From positions 1-33,047 of the IMG/VR virus record IMGVR_UViG_3300044296_000036: a DNA stretch of 33,047 bases, one strand, 5' to 3'. Every line of letters starts with the position of its first letter. The first letter of the stretch is position 1. This document shows, in pieces, positions 24,308 through 33,047 of the stretch. This stretch comes from a virus. Taxonomy: Duplodnaviria > Caudoviricetes. A program made the translations under genes and the position numbers. The notes under the pieces were generated by a model, which made no database searches, had not been told where the DNA came from, and saw only the letters and a list, made by a program, of their open reading frames with translations.

Positions 24308-25762
24308 TTATCTTGCTCCTTGTACGGGTTGCCAAGTTTTCCCGCCATCGGTCGACATAATTTCTTGACCAGTAGCGGGATTTCTTGCCCGCATTGGTTG
24401 TTGCGTTTGTTGTTGAATCCGCTGCATTCCCGGCCCTGCTTGCACATTAAGACCGGCAACCGCATTGCGGCGGTTTGCAGCTTTTTGTTCAATGACTTGC
24501 GGAGAATCACCCGGCTGCGGAAAGTATTGTCGCTGAGCATTGGCAAATTCCGAAGAACTAATTGAAGCTCCGGATTCTTGACGAAGGATCGCATTAACAA
24601 AGTCCCGTTGCGCCTGTTCTATTTGCTGTTGCTGCGGGCTTTGCGTGACGTTCAACATTGCACCCACACCCTCGCCAACAAACGGCAATGCTTCTCCTGC
24701 ACGTTTAAGTATCCCCGGCTGAACTTTCCCACCTTGACCAATATCATTTAGTATTTGATTTGCCGCGGCTGCGCGAGTAGCAAACAATGTCCCTTTCGCT
24801 TGCGATTCAGTCAAAGCCTTGCCGCTTTGCAGTGGAGTACCTGCCGGGGTCAGAACCGGAGTAGCTGTGCCTGTGCGCGGATTGAAACCAACTGCACCGC
24901 TATCAGTTTCGTGATAACTCATTGCAGGGTTTTGCACTTGCCATTGCCGCAGTTTCAAATCTTCAAGGCTAATTCCAAGTCGTTGCGCTTCTTGTCTTGC
25001 TCGTTGCTGTTGATCGGCAGAAAGACTATTAAACGCTCGATCTGCTAGTTGTTTCTCTTGCGTTAGTCGCGCTTGCGTATCAGGAGAAATAACTTGCTGT
25101 GCAGGGCCAAGATTCTTGCGTTCGCCAGATTTAGTGATGCCGTACAAAGTTGGCACACCCTCATCATTCATGAGAACTTTTGTTTCTCTGATTTCATCTG
25201 GCTTCGGCATATTGAATACCGGCCTAAATGTGCGCGGATCAATCAGCGTTTCGCCTTCTTTGACTGATATAGGTGCTTTGGGTGTCATTTGTGAAAGCAA
25301 TTGAGACATGGCAATTTGACGCGCTTGCGGATCGCGCAAACTAGCCAAAATGCTAGGGTCAACCGTTCCAGGCGCACGCGCTGCCACCGCAGGTTGATTA
25401 GGCATAAAGTTGCCTTGATCGTCCAAAGCAGTAACTGGAGGGCGCTCCGGCAATGCTTCTTGCCCTTTCATGTGCCCAAACAAAGTCGCAATGTCTGACG
25501 CGCTTTCTCGTTGCGCTCTTTCGCCCAAGGCTTTTTGCTCTTGAATTAGGTCTCTTTGAGTCTTGCCAGCAACATAGCCTTGCAGCATCTTTGCAAGACT
25601 AGTAAGCGGTGAAGTGCGAGCCTGAATGCCGTTGTAGTTAAAAGTCTCAGCAGGCTGAAAGGCTTGTTGCTGCATGAGTTCGGCCATGCGCTGCCGACGC
25701 GCAATGTCGGCCATTTCCGTTTGGTACGGATTGGGCAGTGTGAAGCTAATTTGTTCAGCCAT
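24308..25762 (-). CDS. Internal virion/DNA ejection protein
   Basis: Gln/Ala-rich; FVNAILRQESGASI...YFPQPGD motif. Confidence 0.72.
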   Translation of the reverse strand: MAEQISFTLPNPYQTEMADIARRQRMAELMQQQAFQPAETFNYNGIQARTSPLTSLAKMLQGYVAGKTQRDLIQEQKALGERAQRESASDIATLFGHMKGQEALPERPPVTALDDQGNFMPNQPAVAARAPGTVDPSILASLRDPQARQIAMSQLLSQMTPKAPISVKEGETLIDPRTFRPVFNMPKPDEIRETKVLMNDEGVPTLYGITKSGERKNLGPAQQVISPDTQARLTQEKQLADRAFNSLSADQQQRARQEAQRLGISLEDLKLRQWQVQNPAMSYHETDSGAVGFNPRTGTATPVLTPAGTPLQSGKALTESQAKGTLFATRAAAANQILNDIGQGGKVQPGILKRAGEALPFVGEGVGAMLNVTQSPQQQQIEQAQRDFVNAILRQESGASISSSEFANAQRQYFPQPGDSPQVIEQKAANRRNAVAGLNVQAGPGMQRIQQQTQQPMRARNPATGQEIMSTDGGKTWQPVQGAR

Positions 25763-25775
25763 TTTTTTACCTCAA

Positions 25776-26747
25776 TTAGAAGCCAAACAAGCCTTTGAAA
25801 GCTGTCGGATTAGATGTATAAGCACCAAGTCCTGCACCAAGCAAACCACCAAGGCCAGCCATGTTTGCATTTTGCTGCGCTGATTGAATGCCATATTGCG
25901 TCAAAGCGTTCTGATTTGCTGCTTGAGCGCCTGCAAAAATTGGTGGCGGTGCAACTTGTGCAGGTTGATAGCCTTGAAATTGCGGCATCTGAATCTGTGA
26001 GCCTGAAAGCAAACCAGTTATTTCATTTAACGGCCCTTGACGTTCTGCAAGCTGTCTTTGTCTTTCTTGCAAGTCTGCGGCATTTTGCGCTGCCATCAAT
26101 GATTGTTGCTCGTTAAATCCTTGAGCGCGAGCACCAGTATCAAGGTTAATTCCTTGCAATGCAGCTTGCGTCAACAAGTCGTTTCGGTTCTGCGCTTCTT
26201 GCGTCTGTGCAGTGCGATAAGCCTCTGAACCTGGCGTGATGCCCTGATTGATTAACTGATTTTCTAAAGCGGCTTGACGGCGTTGCAATTGAGGCTCAAG
26301 ACGAGACATGATCGCTTCTTGTCCCGTTGTTCCTGCATTGACAGGCATACGCGCCAAATTGGACAAATCAAGCCTAGTTTGCAACGGGCCTGCTGCTGTT
26401 CCTGTAGGGGAAAACGGTTTGTTCAATACATCCTGTGCAGTCGTTGCACCGGTTTCGCCCAATTTTGCTAGTAATTGCTGAACTCGTTGTTGCGTATCAA
26501 ATGTGGTTTGCGCTGTAGGTGTTAGCGTTTGCCTAACTGTTGGCTGATTTGTAGACGGGTCAAACGTAACAAGTTGAGTGCCAGCCGGCGTGTAAACATT
26601 AGGATTGTTGATGTATCCTTGTTTAATCGCCGTTTCAACATTTGCCGCGCCTTGCGCTTTTGCTGCATCCGCTGGATTGTAAGTTTGAATTTGTGGCGCA
26701 GCGGGTTGCGAACCGCCGCCAAAAATTGCACTAACTATGCCGCCCAT
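25776..26747 (-). CDS. DNA pilot/ejection protein (323 aa, MGGIVSAIFGGG...)
   Basis: GGAGG RBS; Gln-rich with Gly-rich hydrophobic termini. Confidence 0.72.
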   Translation of the reverse strand: MGGIVSAIFGGGSQPAAPQIQTYNPADAAKAQGAANVETAIKQGYINNPNVYTPAGTQLVTFDPSTNQPTVRQTLTPTAQTTFDTQQRVQQLLAKLGETGATTAQDVLNKPFSPTGTAAGPLQTRLDLSNLARMPVNAGTTGQEAIMSRLEPQLQRRQAALENQLINQGITPGSEAYRTAQTQEAQNRNDLLTQAALQGINLDTGARAQGFNEQQSLMAAQNAADLQERQRQLAERQGPLNEITGLLSGSQIQMPQFQGYQPAQVAPPPIFAGAQAANQNALTQYGIQSAQQNANMAGLGGLLGAGLGAYTSNPTAFKGLFGF

Positions 26748-27178
26748 ATAGCCTCCAGTTTCTTCATGTAGCGCGGCTGAATCCATTTTTCAGCATCGCT
26801 TTTCATCAATCCATAAATACAAATGTCGCCATACTCTCCAGCATCACGCATTACACCTTCCAATTTTGCGCCTAAATGATGAGCAAAACGCCGAGATTTT
26901 TTGTTTCGTTTGTCTATCAAACCAGTAACACGTTTGCAATTATTTTTCACAAAAGCATAGTGCATCACCGTCGAAATAAAGCCTGGCGTTATCGCATCCG
27001 CTGAAATGTGCATCATGATATTTGGCGCAATGTAGCCATTGAACACCACGCCAGCGATAAGCTCCTCGTCATCATTGACAAGCCCAAACGCGACAAACAG
27101 CCCCCAATCCGGCGATCGTCCTTGCTTTTGTGCGACATAGCGCCCAATGAGTTCTTTCGGCTCGGTAATGATTTTCAT
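26735..27178 (-). CDS. GNAT-family acetyltransferase-like virion morphogenesis protein
   Basis: YAF....CKRVTGLI...NKKSRRF..HLG.KLEG.MR; lies between nozzle and ejection genes as in P22-like phages. Confidence 0.75.
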   Translation of the reverse strand: MKIITEPKELIGRYVAQKQGRSPDWGLFVAFGLVNDDEELIAGVVFNGYIAPNIMMHISADAITPGFISTVMHYAFVKNNCKRVTGLIDKRNKKSRRFAHHLGAKLEGVMRDAGEYGDICIYGLMKSDAEKWIQPRYMKKLEAIWAA

Positions 27179-28740
27179 ATACCAGCCCACCCGGTTTGAT
27201 ACACCACGTCGGTCGATGCCCATTCAATCTGAATTCCGCTGCTTGCGCTTTTCAGTTGAATGCCGCCGCAGTAACCGATGCCTGTAATGCCTTGCCAATT
27301 GTTCGTAATGACTGAATCCGAACCCCATACGCCAACATCCCACAACGACGTACCCCACACACCATAAGACTGCGGGCTAAACGATAGTGCCGCTGTAGTG
27401 TCTTGAATGTCAAAATCGACGTTCATGCCGACAAAAATAGCGGGTTGTCCGTTTGTAAACAAGCTCGGCCTAGCGCGTGTGAAATACTTCTTAACGCCAC
27501 GAGAACCGTAGTAATTGAATGCTTGCAGGGTATTGGCTTGAATGTTTCCTGTGTTGTCTTGATAGTCCAGCGTCCAAGCCTTGCCTACAAAACCATTCCC
27601 GCCGAAATACGGGTCATCGTTGTAGATTTCCCAACAGTTAGCATTCCAGTTCGTAAAGTTGCACCACGCCTTTGTGATGTTGTTCATCACATATTGTTGC
27701 TGCTGAGATCCTTCGCTTACGGGCACATTCACAAACAAAGCGTTGTTCTTTGCGTTGTATAGAATCTGCCAGCCAAAATTGTTTTGGTAAGTACGCGTCG
27801 CCTCTGCAAATGCGCCTTGTATTTTGTCTGATAGCGCGATCCTCGGATCAAGCCGCGAACTCTGCACAGCCGATGCAAGCGGATACAGACCGTCAAGAGT
27901 CAGAATCAGCAAGTCGCCGGAATACTTGAACATACAACGCTTGCCGATGGGAGTACCTAGCTTCCAAACCCCAATGAGCGCCCACGTTGATGCAGAAGCA
28001 GGATCAGTCCCTCGATAGGCGACGATTTCGCCATTACTCGTCACAAAAACTAGGTTGTCGTCAGCACCATAACCTGCGTCAATAGTCCATGTTCCGATGG
28101 CCACAAGATAACCACCGAACCGACAAATCGAACTCAAATCTAGCGGTTCAGCAGCACCACCGACTGAGGAAGTCGGCAAGTACCATGCCTTGAGGGTGTT
28201 CTTTTGAATGAACCACACTCGATTTTTGAACAGCGTCACATCGTCAAGCGTCGTCGTTGTCACGCCTGTGATAGCAGGAGTCGAAGCGCCTGTGATCGAA
28301 GTCCATGTCGTGCCGTTGTAAAGCAATGGCGCATCTGTGCCGTTGGCGCAATACATGTAAGAGCCGCCAGGCGTTGAGACGTTGACATATTCCCATCGGT
28401 TGCTGCTCAATCCTGAGACGACAGCAGCACCTACAGCACCGCCTGAAGTCACATCGTAAATTTTGCCTCCAGCAACAGCAAATAGTTTTTCCGACGCACC
28501 GCCCGAGTAATTGAAGAGGCTTTCAACCTGCCCCGAAATACCCGTTGCGAATTGCTGATAACCGCCCCGCAGGTTCACGCTTGAAACAGTGGGGAACATA
28601 TTTGTTAACTGCACCGCGTCGGTCGGTTCCATGTTGGCCAACGAATCCCGAGCGTTCCAGCCACCGATGGGGGCAGGCAATGAAGCCACTTGCGCGGCTG
28701 TGCCTTGCACCATCATCCTGCGGCGTGCGCTGATAGCCAT
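27175..28740 (-). CDS. Tail nozzle / DNA stabilisation protein (P22 gp10-like)
   Basis: 521-aa beta-rich protein with PAPIGGWNARD N-terminal motif; follows the adaptor. Confidence 0.8.
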   Translation of the reverse strand: MAISARRRMMVQGTAAQVASLPAPIGGWNARDSLANMEPTDAVQLTNMFPTVSSVNLRGGYQQFATGISGQVESLFNYSGGASEKLFAVAGGKIYDVTSGGAVGAAVVSGLSSNRWEYVNVSTPGGSYMYCANGTDAPLLYNGTTWTSITGASTPAITGVTTTTLDDVTLFKNRVWFIQKNTLKAWYLPTSSVGGAAEPLDLSSICRFGGYLVAIGTWTIDAGYGADDNLVFVTSNGEIVAYRGTDPASASTWALIGVWKLGTPIGKRCMFKYSGDLLILTLDGLYPLASAVQSSRLDPRIALSDKIQGAFAEATRTYQNNFGWQILYNAKNNALFVNVPVSEGSQQQQYVMNNITKAWCNFTNWNANCWEIYNDDPYFGGNGFVGKAWTLDYQDNTGNIQANTLQAFNYYGSRGVKKYFTRARPSLFTNGQPAIFVGMNVDFDIQDTTAALSFSPQSYGVWGTSLWDVGVWGSDSVITNNWQGITGIGYCGGIQLKSASSGIQIEWASTDVVYQTGWAGI

Positions 28741-29648
28741 CAGTTTGTACCGTAGCCCGAATCGGGAATGTTGTCGTAGCCAATGAGAACCGTACCCGGC
28801 CGCGGGGCAAGCGACAGATTAGCAGACGACATATCGAGAGCTTTCGCTGCTTCCATTTCTGTCAGGTAATTACGCATCATCGCCGTGGTGTCAAAGCCTT
28901 TCGCCTCAAAATACTTTAGCTTAGTAGCGTTGACCATCAAGCGATCAGGATAGATGCAGGTGTCAGTGTCAGCCGTAAACGAGTTTTTGACAGTCCCATC
29001 AGCAGCATTTGCCCACCCTTTGCTGCGATACTCAAAGCCCAAGTATTCAGACGTGGACATACCTGGCCAAATCTGAAAGTATGCACCGAGCAAACGCCAA
29101 CGAATACGCGGGCCAGTTGAGATATAGCCCGACAACAGCCACTCCCACTGCTGTGCGTCCTCAGGGCCGAGCATTTCCCAGTGCTTGGATTTGTCCCACA
29201 TCGTGCGCGGGACAAGAGCTTCGTAATCCGTGGGAAGGCTGTAGCGGATTTTCTGAAAATATGCCGTTGCAGCAGTACCGTTAGCAGAAAAATCCTGATT
29301 GACTGTGACTTGCGTTGCAGAGTCTACAGAGACGATATAAGTATTCTGATTGATGCCTGTGCCTTGAACTTGATAAGTTGTATCAAGCCCCGCAGTCGAT
29401 GCCATTGTGATCGTGCGGGCGGCGGTCGTCCAAGTGCCGGTAGTCGTGATCCACTGCGTATAGAAAGTGTGCTGCTTTGTCAGTTCCCGCCAAGCGTGGC
29501 GACGGAGAAACTCATATCCATTCGCGTTCATCAACGCGAGAATTTGGATAACGTCTTGGTTCGTGTTTCCTGCTACGCTTGTCGGGGTTGCAACGCCAAG
29601 CTCGTTAGTTACTTGCTGCACTAACTCCAGCATCGTCGTCGTGGACAT
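28740..29648 (-). CDS. Head-tail adaptor protein with inserted Thr-rich beta domain
   Basis: TMLELVQQV..ELG....W.EL...YSLP.D pattern; position before the nozzle. Confidence 0.75.
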   Translation of the reverse strand: MSTTTMLELVQQVTNELGVATPTSVAGNTNQDVIQILALMNANGYEFLRRHAWRELTKQHTFYTQWITTTGTWTTAARTITMASTAGLDTTYQVQGTGINQNTYIVSVDSATQVTVNQDFSANGTAATAYFQKIRYSLPTDYEALVPRTMWDKSKHWEMLGPEDAQQWEWLLSGYISTGPRIRWRLLGAYFQIWPGMSTSEYLGFEYRSKGWANAADGTVKNSFTADTDTCIYPDRLMVNATKLKYFEAKGFDTTAMMRNYLTEMEAAKALDMSSANLSLAPRPGTVLIGYDNIPDSGYGTN

Positions 29649-30171
29649 TTTCTTTCCTCGGTCGGCCCGGACGACGCTGCTCTAAAAGCATCGCCATCTG
29701 CGCCTTAAGTTCTTCAAGCTCTGCACGAGTCTTTTCCAACTCGCCACTCGAAACGCTTTGATTCTTGTTCAACAAATAATTGCGAGCACGTTCGCGCAGT
29801 CCCACGCCACCCATGCCAACCCGTTGAAGCTGATTATCGCTTGCCGTCGCAACTTGTTCAACCGTCTGAAACTTGAGAATCTGCAACTCGGCTAGTTGGT
29901 TGTCCGTCAACTCGTCAGGGCGATCTTGAAACCAATCTTTCAGCGGCGTGCCGATAACCGGCCCATCGTTGTTTTGCATTTGGAAATGCAACCATTGGCG
30001 CGGAAAGCGTTCTTTATGGTCATCCCGAACCGGCTGATCTATCACATTTGTTTTATCGCCAGGTACAACGATTCGGACAAACGGCTTGCCTTTATGCGGG
30101 TCTTTCTCTTGGGTGTAAAACTCAACGTAGAGTTGAGCATCCGCATTGTTGATATCTGAATCGAGTGCCAT
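29605..30171 (-). CDS. Hypothetical protein with HhH-like segment and RRPGRPRK tail
   Basis: GGAG RBS; TVEQVATASD.QLQ..GMG motif. Confidence 0.75.
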   Translation of the reverse strand: MALDSDINNADAQLYVEFYTQEKDPHKGKPFVRIVVPGDKTNVIDQPVRDDHKERFPRQWLHFQMQNNDGPVIGTPLKDWFQDRPDELTDNQLAELQILKFQTVEQVATASDNQLQRVGMGGVGLRERARNYLLNKNQSVSSGELEKTRAELEELKAQMAMLLEQRRPGRPRKENVHDDDAGVSAASN

Positions 30172-30189
30172 AACGCTCTCCTGTGGGGA

Positions 30190-30555
30190 TTAGGTTTTCG
30201 TGCCGTTGATGCTGTACCAAATACTGTTACTGACTGCAAACAAAATGCTAGTGTGATCTTTGCTGATACTGGACGACGTGGTTTGATTGATCGTCGTCGT
30301 TGATTCGTACGGGTAAACTTTTAAAGTGCTGTTACCCGAATTGGCGATAAAAATTGTCATTCCTGCTTCAGTCGGGGGTAATTTTACACCCGTCCCCGAT
30401 GCCACGGTATCGACAGAATTGTAAACAGAAACCAGTTGCGTTGCATCGTTTCTCGTCGATCCAGCAGCGACAATATCGTCCTTGCCGTCACCGCAAATCG
30501 AAACGGTCGAAAGCTGGCTGATGCCTGATCCTAAAACGCGGCTCGGAATGCTCAT
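30190..30555 (-). CDS. Ser/Thr-rich putative virion protein
   Basis: Beta-rich, GTGVKLP motif, within the head operon. Confidence 0.65.
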   Translation of the reverse strand: MSIPSRVLGSGISQLSTVSICGDGKDDIVAAGSTRNDATQLVSVYNSVDTVASGTGVKLPPTEAGMTIFIANSGNSTLKVYPYESTTTINQTTSSSISKDHTSILFAVSNSIWYSINGTKT

Positions 30556-31028
30556 TTAAACCCCACCACCCGCAGATCGCGCTGCGGGACATGGAAATAC
30601 GGTTGTTCAAATCTGACCATTTTCAGCCCGACTAGCATCATCAAATCGCCAATTTGCTGCTTAGAATAGCACCAATGATGCCGCATTGTCTCAGGCTCGG
30701 GCATTCCGAACAAAGCGCGACCGATCAAATCATCCTTTCTGATACCTTGATCCCACAATTGCATGATGTTGTCCAAACAGGGCATTTCCAGCGACAACTG
30801 ACCACCAGGCTTTAACAACCTCACCCATTCGCGCAATGTTTGTTCGGCTTTCAGCACCGGAATATGCTCAAACAGGTGATTGGCCGATATTTCATCTGCA
30901 TAATCATCGGGCAAATCAATTTTTGTCACATCGGATAATAAATCCTGCTCTCCGGTGCAATCCACATTGATCCAGCCTGGCCAAGACCTATCACCAGCCC
31001 CTAAATGGAGTCGAATACGCTCTGCCAT
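30552..31028 (-). CDS. Class I SAM-dependent methyltransferase
   Basis: LHLGAG motif I, W.NVD, H.FEH, W.RLLKPGG. Confidence 0.85.
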   Translation of the reverse strand: MAERIRLHLGAGDRSWPGWINVDCTGEQDLLSDVTKIDLPDDYADEISANHLFEHIPVLKAEQTLREWVRLLKPGGQLSLEMPCLDNIMQLWDQGIRKDDLIGRALFGMPEPETMRHHWCYSKQQIGDLMMLVGLKMVRFEQPYFHVPQRDLRVVGFK

Positions 31029-31837
31029 TTGCGCCCCAAGGTTTCCGGTGAATAGTGCTGCTGGATGTATTGCTGTCCTGCCCGCACCAAAGCGTTTAAT
31101 TCGCTCTTATAGGCTTGAACAAACTGCAACCCACCCTTAACAGGGCCAAGGTAACAAAAGTGCCTAAATTCCTTGTTTATAACAATCTTACTCGTTATTA
31201 CAAAGCAACCCGCCATGATTGCATTGATGAGCCGGTTCGCGCTTTTGTAGGTTTCTTCCTTGCTCGGCAAAATCACGACATTGCGTTGCCGTAACAAATC
31301 TTCCTGTGCTGCCGACGACCACGGTATGCACTCAATTACATCATTCGGGCCGGTGCAATACGCCATGTCGTAACGCTGCAACATTTGTTTGTAGGGCAGG
31401 ATTTCATTCAAATTGCTTTGATGCCCGAGCCACAAGAATTTTTCGCCGTCAGCATGGGGTTGCCCGCTGTTTTCCCAAGTGTCGGGAATTATGTGTGCCT
31501 CTTTTTGCACATATTCGTGAATTCGTCGCGCCATTTCCTTAGACGGACACACCACTGCATCAGCTTTTCGAGCCATTTCTGCATAAATTTCCCCTAGCTT
31601 TGGATGCAAAAAATGATCGTCGCAAATGTCTACAACCGCTTTTGCGCCCCTAGCTTGCACCTGCTCAAACATCACTAAATCGTCGGGCTGCGGCTTGGAA
31701 AACACCGTGATATCTGCGCCTCGAGCATTCAATCTTGAGTGATAACCGCAATAAGCTGAAGGCATAGCCGCCCGCAGTCGGTACGATGCCATGTCAGCAC
31801 CGCCAGCATGAATGAACGTCACGCGGCGAGTTTGCAT
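31001..31837 (-). CDS. Glycosyltransferase-like protein (GT-B type)
   Basis: ASYRLR, VVDICDDHF, ADAVVCPS..M, WLG...N, KSANRL..AI.AG.FVI motifs. Confidence 0.7.
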   Translation of the reverse strand: MQTRRVTFIHAGGADMASYRLRAAMPSAYCGYHSRLNARGADITVFSKPQPDDLVMFEQVQARGAKAVVDICDDHFLHPKLGEIYAEMARKADAVVCPSKEMARRIHEYVQKEAHIIPDTWENSGQPHADGEKFLWLGHQSNLNEILPYKQMLQRYDMAYCTGPNDVIECIPWSSAAQEDLLRQRNVVILPSKEETYKSANRLINAIMAGCFVITSKIVINKEFRHFCYLGPVKGGLQFVQAYKSELNALVRAGQQYIQQHYSPETLGRKWQSVFDSI

Positions 31838-32595
31838 TCGCTCCGAACCCGCAGGATTTCAGCTATCAACCCATCGCCCCGAGCTTCTATCGTAATGTCG
31901 GGCATGACAGTAAACACAAGTTGAAACTCATTCGCTTGTTGCGCCATTGCCATATTGCTTACAAATCGCTTGCGGTGCGGCGCTTCACCAACAAAGATTT
32001 CGATGGTCTTGCCTGCTTTTTCGCCGGTGAATCGCTTCACTCCATCTTCACGGATGCAAGAGTCATAGCCATACAAAATGAACTTGCGAAAGCCTAGCAA
32101 ATAACCGATGTTAATAGCCCGTAGGCCGGAAGTCGTCCCACCGCCCACTGCAAGTCTTTTTCCAATTGCCTCGCATTCAGCGTTTTGGCTCCAGGAATGC
32201 CATAGCAGCACGTTCTTGTCAGCGAGCCAATCAAACATCACAGGCGGGCAGCGCGAAGCCACCATGTATACCGTGTGATCGTTCTTTTTCTGAATGCAGT
32301 TAGTTCTGTCTCGTGGGTCAAGATCAACCCACAAATCAGGCTCTATGCCGTTGTCGCATAGGAAATCATGTGCGCCTTTGATCGCGCAGATAGTCTTGCC
32401 TTGCTCTCTGTGTTTGCGTATTTCGTCAACAAACTCAGGCATGGAAGGCCCGCTCCCCACTAGCACGAGTGTTCCATCGTGCCGAGCGGGGGCGGGTTGA
32501 AGCTCTGGAAGTCCACGCGCAAGCGCAGAACGAATGAAGTCTGAATTTTCTTCAGGCGATCCCGCCGCCTGCACAGAGATTTCCAGTTTGTGCAT
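31819..32595 (-). CDS. DUF115/Maf-like glycosyltransferase-fold protein (also annotated MptE-like)
   Basis: LVLVGSGPS, GIEPD...LDPR, GGGTTSGLRAI.....LGFRKF.LYGYDS. Confidence 0.75.
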   Translation of the reverse strand: MHKLEISVQAAGSPEENSDFIRSALARGLPELQPAPARHDGTLVLVGSGPSMPEFVDEIRKHREQGKTICAIKGAHDFLCDNGIEPDLWVDLDPRDRTNCIQKKNDHTVYMVASRCPPVMFDWLADKNVLLWHSWSQNAECEAIGKRLAVGGGTTSGLRAINIGYLLGFRKFILYGYDSCIREDGVKRFTGEKAGKTIEIFVGEAPHRKRFVSNMAMAQQANEFQLVFTVMPDITIEARGDGLIAEILRVRSECKLAA

Positions 32596-33047
32596 TAAGT
32601 ACCTGCGATGCCTGAAGCGATGTGCGGGTAGCCTGCAATGCAGGTAACAGCAGTCGCGTTAGAAATCGAGGAAGTTGCAACAAGGCCAAACACCGCGCCA
32701 CCCGACACGACAGCATCATCCAGCACGCCGGAAGTTGCCGTAGTGTAAAGCGGGACGTTCGGAGCGCAGTTCGCAGCCAGGTTAACCATCACCTTGCCGC
32801 CCATCTGCACCCAACCGTAATAGCCCGAAGCAATCGAGGTCTGAGCGAAACCAATACGCTTGCAAGTCGCTGCAAGGGTCGTGGTCATCATCTGCGCCTT
32901 TTGGGTGTCATAAATTGCGACAGCCGCATAGGTGCTGATTTCAGACAGAGCTTGAACATACACGGCTTGGCCGCCGTCGGACAGGTTGACCACCGTGCCG
33001 GTCGTGAATTGCGAAGTCGAATCCACGTTCGTCAGGGTAACGCCTGC
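32595..33047 (-). CDS. Second (allelic) partial copy of the putative capsid decoration gene; 5' end lies off the right edge
   Basis: Lies in the terminal overlap; differs from the left copy by two residues (M/L, I/V). Confidence 0.75.
   Translation of the reverse strand, partial: AGVTLTNVDSTSQFTTGTVVNLSDGGQAVYVQALSEISTYAAVAIYDTQKAQMMTTTLAATCKRIGFAQTSIASGYYGWVQMGGKVMVNLAANCAPNVPLYTTATSGVLDDAVVSGGAVFGLVATSSISNATAVTCIAGYPHIASGIAGT
32596..33047. repeat. Right copy of terminal direct repeat
   Basis: Matches 1-452. Confidence 0.95.

Overview
The window is an apparently complete, circularly permuted genome (unit length about 32,595 bp) of a tailed, podovirus-like dsDNA phage with P22-like virion architecture. 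The ends overlap as a 452-bp, about 96%-identical repeat. A proteobacterial host is inferred from sigma70 promoters, a DDDIPF-type SSB tail and a GH24 lysozyme. The minus strand carries a Cro-like regulator, a structured-RNA and replication region, nin-like genes, then packaging, head, tail, ejection and lysis genes. A short plus-strand early operon carries ERF, SSB, an HNH-like gene and MazG. I found no integrase, CI repressor, helicase, primase or polymerase. Main signals: (1) a 231-nt group I intron splitting the major capsid gene; (2) a promoter, a C4-like antisense/attenuator RNA and a ~190-nt multi-pseudoknot RNA upstream of an N-terminally truncated replication-initiator-like gene; (3) a three-gene glycosylation/methylation cassette inside the head operon; (4) two tandem loop-E hairpins before mazG; (5) an antisense HNH gene inserted at the tail-fibre start codon with a 7-bp duplication and a rebuilt start; (6) a stand-alone ADP-ribosyltransferase-like gene beside the portal. 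All calls are by eye, without database searches.
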